DNA of 63,308 nt, the filler included, from Choristocarpus tenellus KU-1152 (taxonomy: Eukaryota > Protista > Phaeophyceae): NCBI GenBank assembly GCA_964200185.2. It is 12 parts of 12 records of this genome, joined end to end, with 100 filler letters (N's around TTAATTAATTAA, not from the genome) between each part and the next. Parts side by side here need not be neighbours in the genome. Positions count along the whole stretch, not along the records: positions 1 to 8,732 come from CAXNAD020004394.1; positions 8,833 to 13,234 come from CAXNAD020014715.1; 10 more parts are not named here. One strand, 5' to 3'. Made by a program: the position numbers and the translations under genes. A model generated the notes under the pieces. The model was given only the letters and a program-made list of their open reading frames with translations. It did no database searches and was not told where the DNA came from. Shown piece by piece: positions 1 through 11,500 of this stretch; the first letter of the stretch is position 1; each line of letters opens with the position of its first letter.

Positions 1-114
1 AAAATCTTCATGAATAATACCAACAGTTATTCCCCCCCCCCCCCACCCACCTTCTCCCACCCCTGTTACTCTAAAAAAATAAATAATGGATTTTCACTTC
101 TCCTGTTTCCTCAG

Positions 115-1833
115 GAACAATGCAGGTGACCAGCAGGTGGATCTCCCGCTGCCACAGACCATATCGTTTGACAAACACCATAATGGATCTAGTTGGACTA
201 CGGGTGAAGGTAGGAGCGGACACCTGGTTCCTACCACAGCTTCCTCAACAACACCGCTGTATGTACCCCAAGCAGTTTCTACACCTTTGCTAGCGTCAAC
301 ATCCGAAGACAGGTCATTTGGAACCAATAGTCGGCATCTCACCATGGCGAACATACTGGGTGTGGATGGCAATGACATAATCCTGAACAGTGACAGATCG
401 TCTGCATTTACATCTGGTATGAACATGAGGTCCTTGCCGATGTCCATGCCCACTGTGCCTGCACCTGTTGGTAAAGGGGAGGGTGGGGAGGAGGGAGGGG
501 TCAGGTTGATGTCTTCACTGGGAATGCACATGGCAGCGGCGTCTCTCAGCTCTCTTCAATCGAAAACATTTCAAAAGCAGCGTGATGAGAAGAGTTTCAA
601 CGCTGAGGCTCCTGTCACAATGGAACAGGTGAGGTGGAGTTTGGAGTAGGTCTGACCACTGCAGCTTGGTGTGGTTTTGATATCTGGATTTGGTTTTTAG
701 TAAAATGTACTAGAGCCTTTTCTATGGTGTGCTTCTTCTTACATCAGTCATGAATTGTGTTTCAATTTTACATCAAGTACGGTATAGGCATAAAAGAGCT
801 ACATCAAGTTGGCATTGCAGTGCGTATGAGGTATCATCTAAATGTGGGAATTCAGATTTGAGAATATACACAGTATTTATCCCTAGTTGTGTCTCTTGTG
901 TTGCGAAAAGGATTATGTGTTTATTCACAGAGATTTTCTTGCTTTTTTTTTTTAAGTTAAAACCGGTACTGCTCTGGAACCAACTGGAATACTCATAGCT
1001 TGGTTGAACACACATTATATGTTGTCCAAAAAAAAATGCACTTTGAATTTGTTCAAAGTAGTTTCTAGGCGGGGGTGTTGGGGTGTGAGGCTACAAGTGG
1101 TGTTTTTGGTTTGATTGTAGGTGCACCTCTAAATTGACTGTGAAGTTAGCAATTGATTACAGCTGATGTTCTTTTGGAGGTAAAATATTTTGCTTGATTT
1201 GGGAGTTGATACTTGAAGTGATCAATCAGTATGAAGATGTGGCCTTAAATGAGTTAGTGATACACGGAGAGAGGTGTGTTGAGTCCAAAAATCTTTTGAA
1301 TCATGACTTGGGGGCTGCATGTAAGTTCCGTGTGTTCTGGATACAAGTTGTTGCTGTGCCAGAAAGAACTGCCGCAGGAGAGTATACTGCGTTGTCTGGG
1401 ACATGTACTCAATGGTGATTGTGTATCTGTACTACTGTTGTGGGTCACAAAAATGGTTGTTATTCTTATTATTTTATTGTGAAGAGTCGAAAATCGTTTC
1501 GTTGTAGAGATGTAGCAATCCCATTGGTTCTTTCAACCATGCTTTTTTTTGCAAGGTCAGTTAGAACTTGTGTTCTTACATTTTTTTTTATTATATGCTT
1601 GAGTTTGCTTGTTTGTGTCCTCAGAAGCACATTGCAGCTTCCCAATCACTTCCCTTCTCCAACAGAGTTTCACCATATGTATCATTGTCTCTGATTAGGT
1701 ATATCTAACCATGTCCAGCATCAGGACTGGGCCTAAGGGAGGCACACCGAGTGATTTGGTCTCTGCTGAATCGCATGATCCTGATCCTGGTCCTGATCCA
1801 GAGGTGCTCTGCTCCAAGCTGAATTCGACCTGA
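115..1833 (+). CDS. 3' end of an unknown spliced gene (Ser/Thr-rich): exon 115-628 and probable terminal exon 1699-1833
   Basis: Pyrimidine tract and CAG acceptor before 115; open frame to GAACAG|GTGAGG donor at 628; phase-0 acceptor TAG|GTA at 1699 reads VYLTMSSIRTGPKG...KLNST* (TGA 1831-1833). No recognisable domain. Confidence 0.5.
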
Positions 1834-4707
1834 ATGAGAGGAAAGGTAGAAGGTATAGACAAGAGTGATGTTGTTGTGGGCAGTGACCACTGTTGCAGGG
1901 ATGATCTTCTGTTGAAGGTTGTAGTGTGAGATGATAGTAAGAGCAGTAGCATCAAGAGTTCAAGGCAAAAATGTTTGTAGTATGTGTTTATTTCTTTGTT
2001 GTTATGGCCTTTGATGGGATAGAATTAATCATTCATTAGTTGTAGGGAACATTGCACTGTAATTGATGCATGCATTCCATTGGTGTGAGTGTGTTACTCT
2101 TGGTTTACAACACCCACCCCCTCGGTCTTGTAGTCGTAACTGTTGTGGGCATGAGTCAGGCAGTGTTGTCCACATACTTCACTCTGGGGAAATAACGAAC
2201 TAGGTCCCTTGCTGCTGAGCAAAATTGGCTTTCCCCTTCGATATGTGTCTTAAGATTCCTTTGGATGAAATGGGTTGAAACATATATTCAACCGAAGTTG
2301 GGTGCAGACATGTATAGTAAAGGAGTTCAAGGAAAGTTTGGCGATGTGTGTACAATTTATGCCCGTCATAGTGTGTCTCTTTCTTTCCTGCTGGATTTTT
2401 TGTTTTATTATCATATATATTTGAGGGCTTTCATGTTGTGTGTAGAGGCATTTTCAAGGTTCATGTGTACGGTACAGGAAGTGTACATGTAGTTCCTAGG
2501 GCTTTTTGAATTTTTTTCTTATTGCGTTTTGAAATCTGGCGAACTCGTCAGCAGTCCTATGCTTGTTTTACTAAATTCCTCTGTCTGACAAAGAAGCGTG
2601 CCATGACACTAGTTACTTCCATGTGTTCTATGTATGCCTATGGAGTTTAAGTATAAGTCGGCAGCAGTGATGTTAGTTTGGGTGCTTTGTGTGTTGCATA
2701 TTTGTGACCTTTTATGGGGGGAAAAAAAAAGAACTGTTCCACGAGATTTTTCGACTTTGTTAGTTGAGACCAATGTGATGGCATTTTTCTTTAAGGGTTA
2801 GTTGCGTATTTGGGTGGTCATTTATTCCTTCTAATCCCTTGACTGAATTTTTCACATTGTAACTATGATTCCCAGCTGTTCTGTTGTGAGGTGACAAGGT
2901 CACACATTGCAGTGTGCTCTTTATTATGTATGGTTGTGTTGTGTTGTGAGAACCCTCATGACAGGGCAGAAAGCCGTGTGATAGAGTGGTGTAGCGGCTT
3001 GGTTTGCCAGGCATGTACATGAACATTGGTGGTACTGTACTCTAATAGTAGCTGCCTGATTTTTCCTGTGAATTTGGGATGACAAGGTGCACATTTCAGC
3101 ACTATTTTTTTATTTGGACGGGCACCTCCCAGGGTCCTAAATTTGTGCACAATGTGTCCTTTTAACCATGCCTGTTCTCTTGGTGTTGTGAGGCTGTCTT
3201 GTGGACTAGCACAGTTGTGAGGATTGTTATTGTACCTACTTGAACACATCTTCTCAGGTCCTCCTGCACACATGCCAAGAAATGGAAGATCGGCAAAGTG
3301 TAGGAGCTCTAAGGAGGAGGTAGTGGCGAGTTCTTCAGATAAACCTCATCTGTTTCAGTGACTAGTAGTAATAGTGTGGGTGCTGGCCAACATCTGTACA
3401 TGTGTGATGGTCTCTTGATTGGTACAAGGTTACGTATTGGTTTGAAGCTAGTGGATGTATTTCTTGTTTGCTTGTCGCTTTGTGAATGGACTTGGTATTT
3501 CCTTTCCTGTTGGCAGTGGGTGGGGTAGATTACTAGACTTGACCTGCTGGTCTTCCTTATACTTGTGAAAGGTGAAACTAGTAATAGTCGGTGTTTACCG
3601 AGAGGACACTAGTAGACGGTAGATAAAGTAGATTACAAATATCTTTGAACCTGAAGAGTGGAGGGAAAACGCTTAACGATCTCTTCGTCCCAAAGTTCGC
3701 CAACTTTTAAAGACTGTTTTACTTTCCACCCGCCTCTTGCATTTTTCTTCTTCTGTGCCCTCCCCAATACCCACCTGCTTTCTACTTTTTCCACATATGC
3801 CACTTACAACTTGCCTTGCTCTTAACTGCACAACATGGCAGGGAGCTCCAAATTGTTTTGTATCATAGAGCCAACAAGTGATGGCAGAGTGGATCTTTTG
3901 CAGGCATTTGACCTTTTTCGATCCTCACCCGCATGTTCTCAAGAACCTTTCCCAGCACATGTCAACACAGTACAACGGACTTAACATCAAGAAAGTCGGA
4001 ACTTTCGATTCCAACAACATGAGCCCACAGTACAGTCTCCCCAATAGTTAAAACTTGTGTAGTTAACTGGACATACAGTCAACACACACAAAATACGAGT
4101 TGGCAATAAGAAGCCAATACTTTTTAGGTTCTATGATTCAATATTTTAGTTGAACAAATTGTTTGTTCATGAGAAACTGGGTGCCTTGTGATGGACTGAC
4201 TCGCTGCTGAATGTGTTATTATAGGTGGCCTTGAGAATACAACAAAACAAATTGAGTCTCAGGCAATAAAAATAGAGACAGATCCTATTGCAAACTTCAG
4301 CAAGGTTGGGGCTTGCGTGTACGTAGGTTGAGACCCAACTGTTGAACCAAGAAATCGCATTTCCATGTCTCGAAAACGTATCTCTCATCTCTTTTATCTC
4401 ACAGCGAAGAGAGAAACCCCTCTGCTTATAGATCTTGGAGGTAAGGTGTTGCCGGAAGGACTATCCAGAAACCTACCCATTGGATAGGTGTGATTCATGT
4501 CAAATTCACAGTATTGAGACTTTCTTGTTGATAGACTGTTGGGGTGACTAACAAGCATACTCACAATTTGAACCAGAAGTTCATACCTCCAAAGTCCATT
4601 GTTGGCAACATTTGGAGGAGGCACATTTTTGGTTAAGAGCTAGTAAGTACATTCACTCAGGACAGCTAAACGCAATAGCTTCTACAAGGATTCCCAGCAA
4701 ACCTTCG

Positions 4708-4772
4708 GCAGCATCAGGCCTGTGCCCTGCACAAGGGGTGCATTTCATTGCATAGGCCGTCATTATGCTCAA
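4708..4772 (-). promoter_or_regulatory. SECIS element (type II-like) in the 3' UTR of the selenoprotein T gene
   Basis: Minus strand reads GAGCATA-ATGAC-GGCCT-ATGC-AATGAAA-TGCAC-CCCTT-GTGCA-GGGCAC-AGGCC-TGAT-GCTGC. It has the AUGA/GA core, a GGCCU/AGGCC helix, unpaired apical As, a UGCAC/GUGCA mini-stem and a lower AGCA/UGCU helix; about 370 nt after the stop. Confidence 0.85.
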
Positions 4773-5138
4773 GAGGATGCATGGGTAAACACAACAGACC
4801 ATGGCAAGGTAATACAATCCCCTTCACCTTCCCCATCCCTTCCATCTTGTCACCTCAAGGCCAATGGAGGATTACAGAATAAACCAGCACACTGGTGGAA
4901 TAAGGAGCAGGCCATGAGTACCTATACCATCCTGAGGTCATTCCTATCTCTTACCAAGCCCATCTCAACATGACACACCAGATGCTAAGCACCGGAGAGT
5001 TCAAAGGGTAGGGGTGCTTCAAGTCCCAACTCTTCTATTGAGTGAGCATCATGCAACATTGCAACAAAATATATGTGAAGGAATGGACAAATGTATTCAG
5101 CAAAATCCGTTTACTGAGCACCTTCCAAATCCCAGGAA

Positions 5139-5738
5139 TTATGCCCCACTGAACCCCCTCATATTCAACGCCTTCACAACGTCCATACCGGTAGGGAAAG
5201 TACCTTCTTTCAGCTTGGAGAAGATTATCTCCCCATCCAGAGATATCTCAAAAGCCCCTGTGGCCATAAACGAGCTGGCTATAGAGTTGGCGAAAAAAAG
5301 ACCAATCATCACTGGTACCCTATGTGCGTTGATGAAGGGCTGGAAGGGGGGCGCTGGCAGGCCCAGCCTATTAAACAAGAAATCTCCTCCCAGAGTTAGG
5401 ACCAGGCCGCACATCTGCAGGATTTGCCCACCTTGCGCAAGCGCCACAGTCCACAATGGAGGGTCATATAGTTTTCCCTCGATAGCACCAGGCTCTCGGA
5501 GCTCAGGGAAATGAATTTGGAGGAACTGCTGAAGCTCTACGTAGTTCCTCCGCATGCCTCATGAGGCACAGTACTGGACCAAAACTCGTGGGGCTGCCCC
5601 CATTCTGCCGCCAAGTACATCCATGGAGGGCATTTCTTGCATTGTGATATCCCTGTCCTGGTGCAAGATTTCAAGGGTTCTGGTAGTATGGTGTTCGTGG
5701 GCAGTATCCAGTGATTGGTCAAAGCCAAGATTATCCCC
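5139..5738 (-). CDS. SELENOT: Selenoprotein T-like (Rdx family), last exon with Sec TGA at 5561-5559
   Basis: One frame reads ...GGRMGAAPRVLVQYCAS(TGA)GMRRNYVELQQFLQIHFPEL...IEGKLYDPP...FFANSIASSFMATGAFEISLDGEIIFSKLKEGTFP, i.e. CxxU plus the SelT TGAFEI/FSKL motifs. The ORF track starts only after the TGA. Confidence 0.92.
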
Positions 5739-5820
5739 CTGGCAGTCAATAGCACATAGAATAGAAGTGGAGAGATGGGAGGGAGTGAATATTTGGTGTA
5801 ACCTGCTGCCTCGTACTTAC

Positions 5821-6556
5821 GCATGTTGTGAGAGGCGAAGCTTGTGAAGGGACTGGAAGGATCAGAAAGGTCACTCAAAGCGTTGACAGATACTGCAAAA
5901 ACAAAAACAACAAAGTCATCTGGACGTCCAAACTCAGATCAAGATCGGACAGAACTGCGCAAAAATTAATGAGGTGGAACACTTACGAAGTGGGGCGATC
6001 ACGCAACGGTAGTTGCTGGGAAAATTATGTTTGGAGGAGGACGGATTGAAGAGCACTAACCACTCTTTCCCGCTACTACGTTTCATCTTCTCTTCGAATA
6101 ATGGCACTGCTTTAGTGCTTTTATGCGACTACATAAGCCATGAGTAGATAACTCACCGGGTCAAAGTCTTCAACAAAATGCGGTACCCCTACAGTTTTAG
6201 GAGATGGAAGTCCTGATGCTGATGAAGCACCCTGCTTCCTGTCGGCCAACGCGCTGCCTCTCTGACTGTCTGCTGAGCCATCACGAGAATAAAGCACTAC
6301 TCCGTCTGCATGATTGATTGTGTTGGAGGAGGTGATTGACATCTTTTCACAACCATTAATAGGCGGGAGGGAGGATAAAATGTTGACGATGGTATTTTGC
6401 CACCAGGTTCAAACAGCGTGCAGTGATATTTTCTTCTTGATACTTACAAGCAACAACTACCCACAGAAGTAACCTCTGGATTCCTGAAAGACCTTGTTGA
6501 CGTTCTGGCCTCTGGGAACCTGGCCCAGGCCCTGGGGGGGGCTGGGCGTTCGCCAT
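5821..6556 (-). CDS. Putative upstream exons of SELENOT (ATG 6556 MANAQPPP...; GT-AG bounded segments near 6448-6556, 5987-6072, 5821-5892)
   Basis: Canonical GTAAGT donors and AG acceptors, but exon phases could not be fully reconciled by eye. Confidence 0.35.
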
Positions 6557-7716
6557 ATTTTGGATGATAGGTCGTTTGTGGGAAGTGATTGAAGCCAAAA
6601 TATATACTGACGCCTCCGGAGAACATATGTCCTGTGAACGTAAGGGAAACAAGTAAGAACATATATATATATAAATTTGTCAATAAAAGAAATGATAGTA
6701 TTGTTTGCTTTGCATGCGGTAGTTCGAGTCTCACTGGTGTCACCAATGTGAATCTTGCGATTCTGTGAGATTAACCAAGGGTAAGAGCTCAATTACTACC
6801 ACGTATAATGACCGCGGATGGTGACAGGCACAGAAAAACGGAGTGAGCTGGTAGGTTTCAATATGACTTATTCAAGTATCTGCCCTGAATTGCACTCAAC
6901 ACATACTAACACTCGTTGGCAGTAAATTAAAGGTTGACGGTTTGTCAACAGTTTGTTGTAACTTAAGTGTATTGAAGAAGCCGATGGATCCCAGAACTCA
7001 ATGTCTTTGTATTCATTGCTAGCCGTGACTGAAGGACAAAGAGAGGGGGTTCTATTATAGACTAAACAGGGGTATACTCCAGCAATTACTTACTACTGAT
7101 CCACTTTCACACAATCAACCCGACAAATACCAATAGTAAGGCAGATTGATCCTTTTTGTACGACTCCTGTTACAGAAATGTGGCTGGGGGAACCAAGTAA
7201 GTGCTTCATGGAGACTTGAAATATCAAAGAAGTCATAGTAGGTGATTTCTGTCATAAACTTGGAGCAGCAAAGCAATTCAAGCAGACAAGGGCACACACA
7301 TGCTCAATATTGGCTATTGAATACTTTATTCTCACTGGTCTGTTGTCAGATTTTTTGTTGTGGGTCTCGTTTGTTGTAATAAATAATAACAATGGTGTTT
7401 GGATGGATGAAGTGATCCCATTTTTTTGTTCCTTTAGGAGTTACTGATGCTGATCAGGTGGCAACAAAATTGTTCTGTGCTGTCGGGTCTAGATTTTGGC
7501 TGCCCCTCTTGGCTTCGTTGAATTTTCCATTTACTTTGTGTTCTTCATTGCTTTGTTTCTGTCTTATTGTTGTGCTAACTTTTGACCACAGGTCTGAGCC
7601 ACCCTCTGACCAATTTGAAAACAATTACTCCAGAGTGCTTCGAAGTATAAATCACAAAAAGCCCCCTCCTGAGGTGACCAGCCTGCTGATGGCATGTGCA
7701 TGTACAACTTGGGGGT

Positions 7717-7966
7717 GAGTCAAAGCATTTAAGAGGGTAGGGCCGTGTGCGTTCGAGGTCGTAGATCCAATGTTGCTATTTTGATTCATTTTGGCTATCG
7801 TGTTTGTTAGGAAGTGTCAATATCATACACACCTTTCATAACATACACATTTTAGGTATCTGTGTTCACACATAAAACCGAAAAAGGGCATAAGAAGCCT
7901 TTAAGAAGTCAAGCCCCGAACGGACAAACAGGGAAAAACTCCTACCCTTTTAATATCCTTTGACTT
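7717..7966. mobile_element. MITE family A copy (~258 bp), degenerate
   Basis: Degenerate match to TIR GAG(T/C)(G/C)AAAGTATCTTAGAGGGTA and to the internal sequence of other copies; a partial copy is also at 8833-8893. Confidence 0.7.
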
Positions 7967-8732
7967 GAGTGCAGGGACTGAGGTTCAAGCATGTCTAATG
8001 CGATCGGTGTGACCTTGTGTGTGAGGTAAGAGGGTACTGACTGGGTTTTTTTTGCACTATTAAGTTTGATTCTCCTAGATAGAGCACTGTACTATACAAA
8101 CTGCCACAATAAGATATTGAGGAGTATATTGCTCCAAATTGTGCAGAGAGCAAGCGATCATGGCACAAACCAAACTAGTCTATCATCTGGTAAGGGCATA
8201 CCTTTTCCTTCATTGTCAACATCTGTGACAAATATTGTTGTCTGGGTGAAAAGTAGTGTATTGGTGACCATTGTGTAGTGAGATGTCAAAACGGGACACC
8301 AGATCCAGCAAACTGTTCTCATAGCAGGTGGGTGGTTGACTTTTGCTTTCATCAACAAAAAGATTATGAAGTAGCAAACTGTGTATAGTGTGCTATTTTT
8401 TATATACATGTGTAACGTATGTATACTCTATTCCTTTTTTTCTCAACACCATTTTTTTCCATTTAGCTTTCTCTGCTCTAACAAGCTCTGACCGCGAGTT
8501 TGAGTAGATCATAACATTCTGTAAGACAACGTCATTTAGCAAAGGACTCAAAGTATCGGGGAGGGGGGTGGCGGCTGTTCATTTGGGGGCAATTTTTCAT
8601 GTCGCGATTTTTGGGTGCTTTGGTTGCATAAATCCGATGGATAATGTAAATGCGCTTTTCCTGATTTTGGTCCAAATGGACACCATGGTGTAGACCCCCC
8701 CGCCTCGCCTCCACTTCTCTGTCTTTCTGATG

Positions 8733-8832
8733 NNNNNNNNNNNNNNNNNNNNNNNNNNNNNNNNNNNNNNNNNNNNTTAATTAATTAANNNNNNNNNNNN
8801 NNNNNNNNNNNNNNNNNNNNNNNNNNNNNNNN
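8733..8832. other. Artificial contig spacer N44-TTAATTAATTAA-N44; also at 13235, 16867, 20318, 23072, 28465, 38489, 41744, 44735, 50277, 60639
   Basis: Identical 100-nt block with stops in all six frames. Confidence 0.97.
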
Positions 8833-9800
8833 GAAGCCAAGCCCCAAATGGACAAACAGGGCAAAACTCACACCCTCTAAGATACTTTCACTCAGATGAT
8901 CAATGGCAGATAAGATGTACGAGCACATTACACCATTTGCTGCTGGGGAACGTGTTTTGTATCCTACCAAAACAACAGCAACATATTGAAGTGGTCAGTC
9001 AACGGGCATATGACCATTGGGAAGCGTAGCTTTGTTATGGGCAGTCTTGTGCATTTGGCATGCCTGACAATCATGGCACACCACGTACGAACATCGAGTC
9101 TCTCTCACCATATCAAACGTGGGTTTGATACCTAAGCGGCCTCCAGACAATGTTTGATCACAGTGTTCGTGTTTTGTGCTCTAGTCTTGTATTGAAGATA
9201 ATGGAAGCACCAGATACGAGGTGAAATAAAGTTGGAGTTTGACACTTAACCGTTACTTTCCAGAAAAGCTACTTTCGGTGTTCTAGAGAACATTCTGAGA
9301 ACAATGTAGTTTGTCGAATAACCTAGTGTTATCCTTATGTTTTATGTGCTGATACAAGTATGTAACATAGTTTCATGTACGTTTATCTTTAGTTCGGGAC
9401 AATACAAAGTAGTAACGTACACAGCGATATATAATGGGTGAGTATTTGGTCATATCTCAGATATATCATATATATTTGATGGCTAGAGAACAAAGGCCCA
9501 GTGGATAATTAATATCCAGTGTATGTTCACCATGTAACTCAATCAGCGGCTTTGGGCGACAAGCCTTACATAAGCTAGAGTTATTCAACATATCTTTCTA
9601 GACTTGTGATCTAGTTGGATCGGGACGTTTGGGACTTGTGTAAGTAAGGTTGTTCCAGACTACTGTGAGCAGTATTAGAGGGGAAACCCGAACAACTCAC
9701 TTCCAATCTTGTCTAAGCAATTCAATCCTACTAGAGAAAGACTATTGCAGCAAGGGCAGCCGTGTGGGACAATGAGATACTAGTAGTACCGAGTATTATA

Positions 9801-11500
9801 CTACCTCTGTGCCACAAGTTTGTGCCACGAAATATCTGGGCTCGCCAAGCGAGAACGACCCCGAGTCGGACGATAACCCCTTAGAATGAACCTTGGTTTG
9901 ACAATCTCAGCTTTCAGAAAATATGTCGGGGTCGAAGATCATCAGGTACAAACTCGAGGTACTTCAAACCGTCAAAGTAGGGGTCTTTGGGGTGATTTTG
10001 AGGCCAGAACTGGGCACGTCCAGGGTCAGAATGTCGGCATGGCAACCTCCCCGTCATCCCCCCTGCATAGGAAGGGAGCCCAAGTGTCCCTAAATACCAG
10101 AGTTACGCTTGAAGTGCGACACACCCTCACGATGGTCCCTGGTGAGCATAAACTGCCACGATATGTTGGGCCGGCCCTTGCTGCGGAGTTTGGAGTTTCC
10201 GAGCGTTACATGCAAGGGCTCTGGGAGGACGTCGCTGATCAGCTCGCCCGAAGCCACACGCTTGACCTAGGGGTGACGGCACGTAGTGGGCAGCCTTCGG
10301 AGCTCACATCGGCCAAGATGGATGCAATACATAGTATCAACTCCGATAATTGGTCATTCACAATGCGTCAGGTGATAATGAAGATGGCCGCCAAGGGGTT
10401 GAGTTATAGCACAAGCACCATAAACAGGTGGTTGGATGATATGGGGGGCATGCCGAATCGCCGTTGGATCAAATCCAAGCCTAAACTGTGGCAAATGGTA
10501 TGGAGAATGGACTTTGTTTGCGATCAAGTGGACCGGAAACGTGGTGTGTACGCCTCCATGGCGAACATGATCCATGTGGATGAAACCTGGTTTTACGTGA
10601 TGGCTGATGGGAAAAGGGTTAGAGTATTTCCGCATGAAGATGATAGTGACCTTCCAGGGTCTTCTACTGTGCAGCGGAAGAGTCATATCCCCAAAACCAT
10701 GATCATCGCAGCCAACGCTTGCCCAGACTCGGCTCACAGCTTTGATGGAAAGCTTGGTGTTTGGCGTGTGTGTGCGCCAAAAACGGCAGACAGGACGAGC
10801 AAGAACCATAAAAAGGGGGATGTATATGAGCAGGACTGTACTTTAGAACATTTGTGGTCCAGGAGGTGGTACACGGAGGAGTTACTGCCTGCAATCAAGA
10901 CCAAGATGCCTTGGTTGTCGGGGAAGCATGTTGTCGTTCAGCAAGACGGTGCCACCCCCACACGGGCAAGGGCAACTCAGAAATCTTGTCAGCGGCAAGG
11001 AAGACCGAGGGGTGGTCGATAAGGCTTGTGACGCAGCCATCTAACTCCCCCGACCTCGATATCATGGACCTGTGATTCTTCAGGTCTTTGAAATGCCGGG
11101 TGATGGGGGAGAGCGGTTTGGGTCTGTCAAGGAGATGGTGAAGGTCATTAAGAAATAGTATGAGGAGTATGATGAAACCACACTTGAGAGGGCTTGGTAG
11201 CTCCTTTGTGTGGTGTACAATCAAGTTCTTAGATACAAAGGGGGGAATGACTTCAGTGTGGAGCACACAGGGGTAAGGAATAGGCAGTTGTCTGGTGAGC
11301 TTGAAAACACGCCAAAGGTAGACGTGGAGGCTTTTTCTGTGGCTGATAAAGATTGTGATGGATGGGGAGTAAAAATAATTAAAAGAACTGACCCTAACCA
11401 GAAATTCGTCAAGGATTCCAAATCTTCTTTCAGAAATTAATTTCATCGACATCTTAAAAAATTATGGACAATGCTGCACAGACGTATGGCGCAGATATAG
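9801..11500 (+). mobile_element. Tc1/mariner DNA transposon (plant-mariner/DD39D-like), full-length copy with a disrupted transposase
   Basis: TA|CTACCTCTGTGCCACAAG left TIR at 9801; degenerate right TIR ...TATGGCGCAGATATAG|TA at 11500. Transposase motifs IHVDETWFY, VVQQDGATPH, QPSNSPDLDIMDL. Frameshift near 10960 and later stops. Confidence 0.9.

Noticed and set aside
5014-5514. Antisense ORFs over SELENOT, and likewise over UTP20, KATNB1 and UAP1
   Set aside because: Shadow frames of real coding exons with no independent motifs.
8733-8832. Recurring TTAATTAATTAA between N runs as a repeat or CRISPR-like array
   Set aside because: Synthetic six-frame-stop linker used to concatenate contigs; ORFs ending in X...LIN are artefacts.
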